NCBI GenBank assembly: GCA_038727515.1
Contig: JAVYVS010000001.1
Coordinates: 160,001 to 224,000, forward strand
Direction of reading: 5' to 3'
Length of the DNA: 64,000 nucleotides
DNA from: Candidatus Methanomethylicia archaeon
GTDB lineage: Archaea > Thermoproteota > Methanomethylicia > Culexarchaeales > Culexarchaeaceae
The stretch's first letter is position 1, and each line of letters starts with the position of its first letter. The translations under genes and the position numbers were made by a program. The notes beneath the pieces are model-generated. The model was given only the letters and a program-made list of their open reading frames with translations, ran no database searches and had not been told where the DNA came from. Of this stretch, positions 40,652-49,546 are shown in pieces.

Positions 40652-41515
40652 ATGAGGTTGACTGTGGATTTTGTTAAGTATCATGGATGTGGTAATGATT
40701 TTATAGTTGTAGATGAATTGGATGGTGAAGTTGTTCCTGAAAAATTTAAAGGTTTATTTTCAATGAAGGTTTGTCGTAGAAGGTTTTCTATTGGTGCTGA
40801 TGATGTTCTATTTATTGTTCCCTCCACGTGTGGTGCTCATGGTTTTATGAGGGTTCTTGAGCCTGATGGTACTGAAGCTGAAATGTGTGGTAATGGTTTA
40901 CGTTGTGTAGCCAGTTACTTATCTGAGAAATTTAATTTAAATGAATTGAAAATTGAAACTAAAGCTGGAGTTTTAAATGTGTGGAAGGTTGAAGATGGAT
41001 GGTTTAAAGTGAATATGGGTGTACTAAGGAAGACTTTTGGGGAATTGAAAAATTATGTTAATCTAAATTTTAGGGATGATGAAGAATTAATTGCTAAACG
41101 TTTAAAACTCCCATTACTGGGTGAAATTGAATTATCAATTGTTAATACCGGCGTCCCACATGTTGTAGTCTTTGTAGATGATGTAGATAAAATTGATTTA
41201 AACCTATATGCTGAAGCTATTTCAAAAAATAAAACATTATTTCCAGAAGGTATATGTGTGAATGTTGTTGAAGTTTTGAATGATCATTCCATTAAGGTTA
41301 GAACTTATGAAAGTGGCGTTTGGGATGAAACTTATGCTTGTGGAACTGGATCTACTGCTTCAGCTGCAGTAGCATATATACTTGGAAAAATTAAAAGTAG
41401 AACTGTTGATGTACATGTTCGTGGAGGATTACTAAAAATTATTGTTGATGACCCGTTATATATGATTGGACCTGTAGAAAAAGTTTTTACAGGTAGAATA
41501 ACTATTGAAATCTAA
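40652..41515 (+). CDS. dapF: Diaminopimelate epimerase
   Basis: KYHG.GNDF, GAD, EMCGNG, G.PH, E....ET.ACGTG (both catalytic Cys). Confidence 0.93.
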   Translation: MRLTVDFVKYHGCGNDFIVVDELDGEVVPEKFKGLFSMKVCRRRFSIGADDVLFIVPSTCGAHGFMRVLEPDGTEAEMCGNGLRCVASYLSEKFNLNELKIETKAGVLNVWKVEDGWFKVNMGVLRKTFGELKNYVNLNFRDDEELIAKRLKLPLLGEIELSIVNTGVPHVVVFVDDVDKIDLNLYAEAISKNKTLFPEGICVNVVEVLNDHSIKVRTYESGVWDETYACGTGSTASAAVAYILGKIKSRTVDVHVRGGLLKIIVDDPLYMIGPVEKVFTGRITIEI

Positions 41516-41541
41516 AAAATAAAAAGAAGTAAATTTATGGT

Positions 41542-42234
41542 TTATTTGCTTTTCTTCATGTAATCTAATGCTACTGCCACTACTAATGCTATTGCTGCTA
41601 TTACACATACGTATGGAGCTGGGTATGTGAAGTATAGGAATCTTATTCTCCCAATGAATAATGAAATTCTACTCATAATTGTTAATCCGAAGCTTCCTCC
41701 AAACCCTGCTACAAGAGTGTATCTACCAATTTTAGCCACAGTGTTTAATGGTCCTTTAAATTCTGCTGTGAAGTAGAAGTAGAATAATGCTGTTAATACT
41801 CCTATTGCCACTAATACTCCATCCAATGGCTTTGGTAGTAGGACTACTGTAGTTGTAGATTCACTTATTGTGGATCTAATTTGTTCAAGGAATTGCGTTT
41901 TTATGTATCTTGCCACTATTGTTCCAATGCTTGTTCCTAATACTATGGCTGTTGGATACCTGTATAGGTAGAAGTATTTTCTTGTGAAGAAGAAAATGTA
42001 TAGTAATCCAATTGGTACTGTTAGCCACCACCACCATTGCCCTTTAGAAACATAATCATAGAGGTATACCCATGCTGTGTCTACACTTATTAGTGTTGTA
42101 TATGCTGCAGCGGCACCCATGTATGCATGTTCTGCAATTCTGAAAAACCTATTTTCCTTGTAAAGCCAACTGAATAACATTAACGTTATTCCAGCGGCAA
42201 CTATCGTTACTATAGTATCCATACTTAGGGACAT
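41542..42234 (-). CDS. Uncharacterised multi-pass membrane protein (gene 4 of DUF6754-type module)
   Basis: About 7 TM, apparent internal two-fold repeat; paralog of 269..991. Confidence 0.88.
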   Translation of the reverse strand: MSLSMDTIVTIVAAGITLMLFSWLYKENRFFRIAEHAYMGAAAAYTTLISVDTAWVYLYDYVSKGQWWWWLTVPIGLLYIFFFTRKYFYLYRYPTAIVLGTSIGTIVARYIKTQFLEQIRSTISESTTTVVLLPKPLDGVLVAIGVLTALFYFYFTAEFKGPLNTVAKIGRYTLVAGFGGSFGLTIMSRISLFIGRIRFLYFTYPAPYVCVIAAIALVVAVALDYMKKSK

Positions 42235-43098
42235 TTACATCCTCCTCCTAGATAGGAAGTATCCTATATTCCCAATTATTATGAAGATTACCGTTACTAG
42301 ATGTCCTAGGGATTGAGCATCCATTCCTGCTGCACCTTCTCCAGGTCTTTTAACTAGGATCTCGTATTCTGCTGCACCTCTCAATCCATTACAGAATCCA
42401 ACTATTTTATCTGGGTAGTATGGGTACATTCTTGAGACTAGTACTGCTCCTACAGCTCCACCAACTTTTGTTCCATAGACATCTGTGAGTTGTCTAACAA
42501 CCCAGTCTACTGAGCTGTTTCCGAAGTATATTGCTATTGCCCAATCTTTTGCTGTTCCTGTGGGTAGGTCTTGGAAGAATGGCATTTTCTTTAAATCATT
42601 GCCATATGCATCTTTACCTGTATAGAATACGTCTGCTGCTAATGCTGCTAATCCAACCTCATATTGTGGTATATATCCTAAATTAACATATTTCTTTCCA
42701 TAGTCTGGATGATCATTTGAAGCTCCTAAAATTGTTTTCATGGTTGATTCTATATATGGTACAGCTTCTGTTCGTGCTGCAAAGAATAAAACCCTTAAAC
42801 CTTTATTTACACAGTGTTGGAAAATTGCAAGTTCTGAGGGGTAGCATTCTGCTGCTGCAGCTGGGCTTTGATCATCTATAAATACTACTATGCTTCCTGG
42901 TGGAAGTTTATCTAGGAAGTTGTATAATCCAAGTGTTTCTGCACTATATTTTCCAAGGGGGATTCCTATTGGCCTCAGTATTGGTACGCTTACTGCTATC
43001 CAAACTAATAGGTATATATATCTTACATCTATGTTTTGTATTTTCTCCCATATTGTTTCTGGTTTTTTACTCTCCACGACCCATCCACCCCCTCTCAT
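42235..43098 (-). CDS. Uncharacterised protein: N-terminal TM, alpha/beta domain, C-terminal TM (gene 3 of module)
   Basis: R.IYL....V..P...P.G.P, YG..YVNLGY, G...GL.GAAEYE, MDAQS..H. Confidence 0.88.
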   Translation of the reverse strand: MRGGGWVVESKKPETIWEKIQNIDVRYIYLLVWIAVSVPILRPIGIPLGKYSAETLGLYNFLDKLPPGSIVVFIDDQSPAAAAECYPSELAIFQHCVNKGLRVLFFAARTEAVPYIESTMKTILGASNDHPDYGKKYVNLGYIPQYEVGLAALAADVFYTGKDAYGNDLKKMPFFQDLPTGTAKDWAIAIYFGNSSVDWVVRQLTDVYGTKVGGAVGAVLVSRMYPYYPDKIVGFCNGLRGAAEYEILVKRPGEGAAGMDAQSLGHLVTVIFIIIGNIGYFLSRRRM

Positions 43099-43726
43099 AT
43101 CCTAAGAGCATTCGTACATATAGTGCTAAAGTGGCCAGTAATCCTGATATTATTATAACTCTTGCTTCTGCTCTAACCCAAACGTTATTTACCCAATCTT
43201 TTAGCGGCACGAATCCAGGCCATATGAGTTCTCCTATTGGTGCATTTCCAAGCATTGCTATTATTCCAGCTAATAATAGTACTGTTGCTTCTACACTTCT
43301 AGCTCTAAAGGCTCTGTAGGCTGCTGAAGCTATGAAGAATACTAGTATAGAGTATATTGTCGAATCTCCTGGTGCTACTATTGCATTGAATACTTGAGTT
43401 ATGCTTGGTTCTACTGATGGTTTTATCCCTTGGAATGCATATCTAGCTAATCCCCATACTAATGGTACCCATAAGCATATGAGTAATACCCAGCTTTCAA
43501 TTCTTTTAGGTTCTCTTTGGATCCTCCTTGCGTGAATCCTGGTTAATAGTGTTACTGAAATTATTGCTGCAAAAGTTCCAATTATTGCCTGTGCCTTCCT
43601 AATATCTGCTGCCAGATTATTTATTGTTGGTTGTAGTACAAGTGTATCCATTGCTGTTATAAATGTTAAGATTACCATAATCATCCATGGTATATATCTT
43701 CTAATGACTATTGACATTTCATTCAT
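43067..43726 (-). CDS. Uncharacterised multi-pass membrane protein (gene 2 of module)
   Basis: YSIL.FFIASAAYRAFRARS.EAT.LL.AG...MLG..P.G motif; about 6 TM. Confidence 0.88.
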   Translation of the reverse strand: MNEMSIVIRRYIPWMIMVILTFITAMDTLVLQPTINNLAADIRKAQAIIGTFAAIISVTLLTRIHARRIQREPKRIESWVLLICLWVPLVWGLARYAFQGIKPSVEPSITQVFNAIVAPGDSTIYSILVFFIASAAYRAFRARSVEATVLLLAGIIAMLGNAPIGELIWPGFVPLKDWVNNVWVRAEARVIIISGLLATLALYVRMLLGYERGWMGRGE

Positions 43727-43730
43727 CCCC

Positions 43731-44567
43731 CTATATATTTAATAGATCATAAAACCATCTATTTCCAAATGCCCAGAATATTAATCCAATTATTGTTAAT
43801 GCTAATCCAATTAGCCTTATAATGTCTTGTCCAAATATTGTCCCTATTTGTTCTGGCGTTCCTGCAACATAAGCTCCTGCAGTTATTAATTCTTCACTTA
43901 TTAATGTGTAGTCGCATGTGGCTATGAAGAATGGTATTTGATAGCTATTTGTTGTTCCAGCTATTTGTATTGCTCCAGCTCTAAATCCTGCTTCAGCTAA
44001 TATTAGTGATTCCGCTGCGAAGTATCCAAGTAATAGGTTTGCAGCAACTTTTTCTCTAAGTATTAATCCCATGGCTCCACTGGCGTATGCAAATTGCCTA
44101 TTGGAGAGCCATATAACATTTTCAGGTCTAAATTCATCTGGTTTTCCAGCCATTGTATATGCATTTTTAATTAAGTCTCTGGCAACTGGTTCTACTGTTG
44201 GATCTGAAAATGTAAATAGGAATCTAACACCATATTCTGCACATTTTTTAGCTACGTATTGGCATATACTTAATCCTGCAATGACCTGTGTATCTCCAAC
44301 TCCACCTAAACCAACTGTGTAATGTACTGGTCTACCCATTTCAGTGGCTCTGCCTATCGCTTCATCCAGGGCATCCATCCCTGGAAGTTTCCTAATTTTT
44401 GGTTTAATTACACCCTTCTTTGTAAAGTAGACCGCTAGGAATATTATGATTATTGAAGCAATGAACATCACTGTGGAACCAATATAGGTAGACCTAATAC
44501 TTAAACTCATGTATGACTCTCTCCTTAAAACTTTTTCAAAAATGTAGTTCTCGTATATTTTTCTCAA
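43731..44567 (-). CDS. DUF6754-like protein (gene 1 of module)
   Basis: IR.LPG.DA.DEAIGRATEMGRPV, QFAY, G.F.AESL..AE.G...GA.QIAGT....QIPFF..TCDYTLI.EE...AGAY; true start probably ATG 44510. Confidence 0.85.
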   Translation of the reverse strand: MRKIYENYIFEKVLRRESYMSLSIRSTYIGSTVMFIASIIIIFLAVYFTKKGVIKPKIRKLPGMDALDEAIGRATEMGRPVHYTVGLGGVGDTQVIAGLSICQYVAKKCAEYGVRFLFTFSDPTVEPVARDLIKNAYTMAGKPDEFRPENVIWLSNRQFAYASGAMGLILREKVAANLLLGYFAAESLILAEAGFRAGAIQIAGTTNSYQIPFFIATCDYTLISEELITAGAYVAGTPEQIGTIFGQDIIRLIGLALTIIGLIFWAFGNRWFYDLLNI

Positions 44568-44636
44568 CTAATAGCTATTTATATTTTTCCTAAATTTTTC
44601 AAATTTTTTTCAATGAAAAGTTTAAATGAGTAAATT

Positions 44637-45344
44637 CTAATCCTTCTTTAATTTAGTAATTACATCTGGTTTATTACTTACAATTCCATCTATTCCACGA
44701 TTCTTTAATTCTAATGCAGTTTCATAATCATCTACAGTCCATGCTGCAATCATAAGTTTCAATTTATGTGCAAATTCTATTGCTTTAGCTGTTGCTAAAC
44801 GATAATATGGTAATGCAATTTTTGCACCTATCTTTTTAGCACCTAGAATTCCATCCATCGGTTTAATGTATATTAAGCCAACATTAGCTTTACTATTAAA
44901 TTTTAAAACTTCAATTAAGTGTTCAATATAGAATGATGTGAAGAGAACTGAATCCCATAATTTTCTAGCATTTACCTCCATAATTGCTGGTTTAATAGCT
45001 TCATTGGTTTTCAACTCTAAAAATATTATACATTTATCACCAATAAGGTCTAATGCTTCACTTAGTAAGGGCACTTTCTCATCCAATCCAATCTTAAGTT
45101 TGCTTACATAATCCCAATCAAGTTCAGCAATCTTACCACTACCATTGGTAGTTCTATCCACAGTTTCATCATGCATAATAACTGCTTTACCATCCCTCGT
45201 TACTCTAACATCCATTTCAATGGCATCAACACCAAAATCCAAAGCCAATTTAAAAGCACTCAAAGTATTCTCGGGTTTATAGGCACTTGCACCCCTATGC
45301 GCAACAACAAAAAACTTATTACGTAAATCATCAAACACAACCAT
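44637..45344 (-). CDS. Glycerophosphodiester phosphodiesterase
   Basis: AHRG, PENT, E.DV..T.DG, HD..VDRTT, ELK, WTVD; start set at ATG 45344. Confidence 0.94.
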   Translation of the reverse strand: MVVFDDLRNKFFVVAHRGASAYKPENTLSAFKLALDFGVDAIEMDVRVTRDGKAVIMHDETVDRTTNGSGKIAELDWDYVSKLKIGLDEKVPLLSEALDLIGDKCIIFLELKTNEAIKPAIMEVNARKLWDSVLFTSFYIEHLIEVLKFNSKANVGLIYIKPMDGILGAKKIGAKIALPYYRLATAKAIEFAHKLKLMIAAWTVDDYETALELKNRGIDGIVSNKPDVITKLKKD

Positions 45345-45390
45345 AAACACAACCTCAAACAATAATCTACACACATACAAATTTCACTTT

Positions 45391-45470
45391 CGCTACGCAA
45401 CCCAAAATTTTCGGGGGTTTGCTGGGGTTGGGGTGGCTCCGCAACCCGTCTTCTTCGGGTTGCGTCGCCG
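45391..45470. other. GC-rich structured intergenic element with alternative inverted repeats (candidate ncRNA, leader or cis DNA element)
   Basis: CGCAACCCG-tcttctt-CGGGTTGCG hairpin (45440..45464); ACGCAACCC (45395..45403) can pair with the same right arm; G-runs in between. Confidence 0.6.
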
Positions 45471-45508
45471 TTTATGCTAGGTTTAAATATTCCTCTTTAT
45501 ATTAAGGT

Positions 45509-47857
45509 TTGGATAAATTGGCTGGGGCTTTTAAGGTTAGGGTTGTTGGGATTGTTCAGGGGGTTGGCTTTAGACCATTCATATATAGGCTTGCCAAGAG
45601 GCTTGGTTTAAGGGGGTATGTGGTGAATCTTGGGGGTAGTGAAGTTGAGATTCACGTTGAAGGTGTTGATAGGGTTGGGCTGGAAAGATTTCTGGAGGCT
45701 ATGGAGAGGGAGAAGCCTCCGAGAACGGTGATAGAGAGGATAATGGTAATAGAGGTAGACTCAGAGGGGTACATGGACTTTAAAATACTGGAGAGTAAGG
45801 GGGAGATTGCATCTAGAAGCATGATTCCACCAGACACATCCATATGCGATGACTGTGTAAAGGAGATTCTAGACCCAAACAATAATGGTAGATTCTATGG
45901 GTATCACTGGAATAGCTGCGCATGGTGTGGACCTAGATTCTCCATGATGTATAGAACACCCTACGACCGTGAAAACACCTCCATGGGGAAATTCAAGCTT
46001 TGCAGTGAATGCGCTAAAAGCTACAGTGACCCCGAGGATCTAAGGAGGTTTCATGGGCAGGGGATAAGCTGCTTGAAATGTGGACCTAAAACCCATGTTT
46101 ATGGTATGGATGGATTGAGGATTGAGGTTGAGGATCCAGTGGAATTCGCTGTAAAGGTGATTTTGGAGGGTGGATTCATAGCTTTAAAGGGTGTAGGTGG
46201 ATTCCACATTGCATGTTTAGCTTCAAGGGATGATGTGGTGGCTGAATTGAGGAGGAGGAAGAAGAGGCCTCAGCAGCCCTTTGCATTGATGGCTAGAGAT
46301 TGGAGTGTGGTTTTAAGGCTTGTGGATCCACCTTTAGAGGCTAGAGGGCTTTTGGAGGGTCCACGGAAGCCTATACTAGTACTCCCCAAAAAATTGGGTG
46401 CACCAGTTTCAGAGCTTGTTGCACCTGGACTCTCCACCCTCGGGGTTATGCTCCCCTACACCGGCTTCCAAACCCTACTTTTAAATGGGATTCCAGAAGG
46501 CTTCCTAATTATGACTAGTGGGAATAGGAGTGGGAGACCTATGTGTACAAGTCTTGGCGAAGCTCTTGTAGAGCTTCGTGGAATAGTGGATTACATTGTG
46601 GATCATGAGAGGGAGATCGTGCATAGAGTGGATGATAGCGTGTTAAGGTTTACTGATGGTAGACCAGTCTTCCTCAGGAGGGGGAGGGGTTATGCTCCTG
46701 AATGGGTGGAGGTAGGCTTCAGAATCGTGGAGGCAGCGGCTGTGGGAGGTGAACTTCAAAGTGTGGGTGGAGTTGGATTTGAGGATAAGATTGTTTTAAC
46801 ACAGTTCATTGGGGATGTGGATGAACCAGCCCAGCTATGGAGTTTAGAACGTGAATTAAAATGGCTTATAGAGGTTTATGGGCTTAAACCTAGGATAATA
46901 GCCTTAGATATGCATCCACAATACTCCAATAGGCTGGTGGCGGAAAGGCTAGGTGAAACTTATGGTGCTAGGCTAATTGAAGTTCAACATCACCATGCCC
47001 ATGCAGCCACTGTAATAGGCGAATTAAAGGCTGAATCAAGCGAGAGGTTTATGGCTATAACCATTGATGGAACCGGATATGGTGAGGGAGGGGAAATCTG
47101 GGGTGGAGAAATACTATTGGCATCCCTGGAAAGCTATAAGCGTGTGGGAAGCATAAAACCCTTCACACTGCCAGGTGGAGATACAGCTGCAAGACACCCA
47201 GCAAAAACATTGGTAAGCCTATTAGCCTCAAATGGATACAGTGAGGAAGAAACCATTGAAATCCTATATAGACATGGAGTCATAGATGGATTCCCCCATG
47301 GAATAATAGAGGCGAAACTAACCCATAGATTAGCAGCCTCCAAAAGAGGATTTAAAACCTCAAGTCTAGGCAGGATTCTAGACGCCTTCTCCACACTCCT
47401 AGGAGCATGCAAAGAGAGAACCTATGAGGGGGAGCCAGCAATAAAACTTGAAGCCCTCGCAGACAATGTAAACCAGCCACCCATAGACCAAGAACCAAGA
47501 ATAACCATGGGTGAAAACAGACTCCTAATAGATGTAAAACCCCTATTGGAATGGACACTGGAAAACCTCAACACCATAGAAAAGGGTAGAATAGCCTTAA
47601 CCATACAATACAACCTCGGAAAAACCCTGGCGAAAACAGTCCTAGAAGCCTTAAAGGGGAGGAGAAACATTAGAAGAGAAGTAATAGTAAGTGGAGGAGC
47701 AGCAGTAAACACCCACATAATCAAAGGAATAAAAAGTATACTGAGAAAAGAAGGACTAGAGGTAATCCTACCATCAAAAACACCACCAGGAGACGGAGGA
47801 ATAGCCCTAGGACAAATACTAGTTGCATCTAGTGTAAACTTCAAATCCCAAATTTAA
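45509..47857 (+). CDS. hypF: Hydrogenase maturation carbamoyltransferase HypF
   Basis: G.VQGVGFRPF, two CxxC-CxxC zinc fingers, KG.GGFH, MTSGN, QHHHAH, DGTGYG, GDGG.ALGQ; TATA-like TTTAAAT at 45482. Confidence 0.97.
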   Translation: MDKLAGAFKVRVVGIVQGVGFRPFIYRLAKRLGLRGYVVNLGGSEVEIHVEGVDRVGLERFLEAMEREKPPRTVIERIMVIEVDSEGYMDFKILESKGEIASRSMIPPDTSICDDCVKEILDPNNNGRFYGYHWNSCAWCGPRFSMMYRTPYDRENTSMGKFKLCSECAKSYSDPEDLRRFHGQGISCLKCGPKTHVYGMDGLRIEVEDPVEFAVKVILEGGFIALKGVGGFHIACLASRDDVVAELRRRKKRPQQPFALMARDWSVVLRLVDPPLEARGLLEGPRKPILVLPKKLGAPVSELVAPGLSTLGVMLPYTGFQTLLLNGIPEGFLIMTSGNRSGRPMCTSLGEALVELRGIVDYIVDHEREIVHRVDDSVLRFTDGRPVFLRRGRGYAPEWVEVGFRIVEAAAVGGELQSVGGVGFEDKIVLTQFIGDVDEPAQLWSLERELKWLIEVYGLKPRIIALDMHPQYSNRLVAERLGETYGARLIEVQHHHAHAATVIGELKAESSERFMAITIDGTGYGEGGEIWGGEILLASLESYKRVGSIKPFTLPGGDTAARHPAKTLVSLLASNGYSEEETIEILYRHGVIDGFPHGIIEAKLTHRLAASKRGFKTSSLGRILDAFSTLLGACKERTYEGEPAIKLEALADNVNQPPIDQEPRITMGENRLLIDVKPLLEWTLENLNTIEKGRIALTIQYNLGKTLAKTVLEALKGRRNIRREVIVSGGAAVNTHIIKGIKSILRKEGLEVILPSKTPPGDGGIALGQILVASSVNFKSQI

Positions 47858-48685
47858 AATGTCAGAATCAAGATCTAGAGGGCCAATAGCACCAGTATTC
47901 TCAGAGCTAAACCGCCCGAAACTTTCAGAACCAGGCTGCCAGAAACAAACACTTTGAAAGAGAAACTCACAATATTCACTTCCACGAGAAACACATTCAA
48001 CCTCACACCCATACAAACTCTTCCCAAGAAACCTACTAAACCACCCCTCAAGAAAACCTAAAATGAAAGATGACCCCCTAAACCCCTTAAGACCCCTACA
48101 AACTCTACACTCAATGGAATCATAAACCCTAACCTGCAGAAAACCAAGCTCAAGATCCACCTTCACAAGCTCAAGAGAACCAAACCCCAACCCACTAAAA
48201 AACGTAGACCCCACACTAAAAACAAGGTTGAAACTCCCCTGACCCACAAAACTAAGACAATAATCATGAAACTTACAGCCCATCTCAAAACCTATACTAT
48301 AGGAGACGGCAGGCGCAGTCACATTAAGAGTCTTAAACAAACCCTCAAACAAACTCTTAAACAAACCTCCAGTAAGAATCACATTCCTACCATCCAAAAC
48401 CTCCCAATAATAATCTTCAAAATAAACCTTGAAAACACCCTCAAAACTCCTCTTCAACCTATCCCTAACCTCATCAACAAAACCATTCAAATCACCATTA
48501 AACCCATCAAAACTAAGCAAAACCCCAACATAACTAGAATCACCCACACGAAAAGAATTTAAACCCAAAACCCTAACACCCTTAGAAGAAAGAAACTGCA
48601 AAACACTGGAAACACCATTAAAATCACGAATCAAATCACCTGGAATCATCATCTTAACAATCTTAACACTACCATCAACCTGCAT
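47819..48685 (-). CDS. V4R domain protein with ACT-like N-terminal region
   Basis: GLGFG, DS.EC, F..GFL.G, E.EC.S.G..YCEF; 3' end overlaps hypF by 39 nt. Confidence 0.85.
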   Translation of the reverse strand: MQVDGSVKIVKMMIPGDLIRDFNGVSSVLQFLSSKGVRVLGLNSFRVGDSSYVGVLLSFDGFNGDLNGFVDEVRDRLKRSFEGVFKVYFEDYYWEVLDGRNVILTGGLFKSLFEGLFKTLNVTAPAVSYSIGFEMGCKFHDYCLSFVGQGSFNLVFSVGSTFFSGLGFGSLELVKVDLELGFLQVRVYDSIECRVCRGLKGFRGSSFILGFLEGWFSRFLGKSLYGCEVECVSRGSEYCEFLFQSVCFWQPGSESFGRFSSENTGAIGPLDLDSDILNLGFEVYTRCN

Positions 48686-48815
48686 GTAAAACGCTATATA
48701 AAAACATTTAAGAAACTTATGAATGAGAAATCTAAAACCATGTTCAGAACAAAAATCTATACCAAAAATTCACAAACAATTTAAAACAAGCATAAAAATA
48801 CATAAACGACCAACC

Positions 48816-49481
48816 ATGAAAATAGGTAGAAATAAAAGGGGAATGATTGGAATAGAAGCAGCAATAATACTAATAGCCTTCGTAATAGTGGCATCAGCCT
48901 TCAGCTACATGGTAATCAGCATGGGGCTCGCATCCACACAAAGAGGAAAAGAAACCATAACCTCAAGCCTACAAGAAGTCTTAAGCCCACTAATCATAGA
49001 CGGATCCATAACCATAAAAACCGAAAACCAAAAGGTAACCGGCATAATAATCCCACTAAAAGTTTCAGGAGTATCATATGTACCCATGGGAGCCAATAGA
49101 ACCGTAGTCACACTAAAAATCAAATACGCAGACACATCAAAAGACCCAGTATCATACCCAAACATATATGTAGGAGTAAACACAACCATTGACCCAGCAA
49201 AAACAGGTTTCACAGACATCCTTGATGGTCTCAAATTCAAATACAAGGACAATGGTATAAATGCAACCGCCCAACTATTCCTAGAGGAAAACAATAAGGA
49301 TGACGCCTTCGACTTCTTTGAAAAGGGATACCTAGTAATAAAATTAGATCCCAGCCTAGATTTAACCTCTAGATGCGAAGTATACATTGAAGTTAGACCT
49401 GAAAAAGGAGCCCCACTCACAATAAACTTCATAATACCAGCAAACCTACCCACAGGAAACCACTACATAACAGTAGTATAA
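48816..49481 (+). CDS. arlB: Archaellin
   Basis: Class III signal peptide KRG|MIGIEAAIILIAFVIVAS; C-terminal EVRPE.GAP; start at ATG 48816. Confidence 0.95.
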   Translation: MKIGRNKRGMIGIEAAIILIAFVIVASAFSYMVISMGLASTQRGKETITSSLQEVLSPLIIDGSITIKTENQKVTGIIIPLKVSGVSYVPMGANRTVVTLKIKYADTSKDPVSYPNIYVGVNTTIDPAKTGFTDILDGLKFKYKDNGINATAQLFLEENNKDDAFDFFEKGYLVIKLDPSLDLTSRCEVYIEVRPEKGAPLTINFIIPANLPTGNHYITVV

Positions 49482-49546
49482 ACCACACCCTAAACCCTAC
49501 ACATTTTTTTAAACCTTAACAAACATTTATTATTTATGGGTGGGGG

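Noticed and set aside
10691-44322. Antisense ORFs such as 11009..11581, 17997..18470, 31271..31813, 38011..38805
   Set aside because: Shadows of clearly identified genes on the opposite strand.
45391-45470. tRNA or CRISPR repeat interpretation of the GC-rich element
   Set aside because: No cloverleaf or TTCGA T-loop, and no regularly spaced repeat-spacer units.
46135-46144. ORB-like TCCAGTGGAA
   Set aside because: Single copy inside hypF coding sequence (D-P-V-E), with no G-string, AT-rich unwinding element or cdc6.
48723-48815. N-terminal extension of archaellin
   Set aside because: Class III signal peptides are short; ATG 48816 fits.
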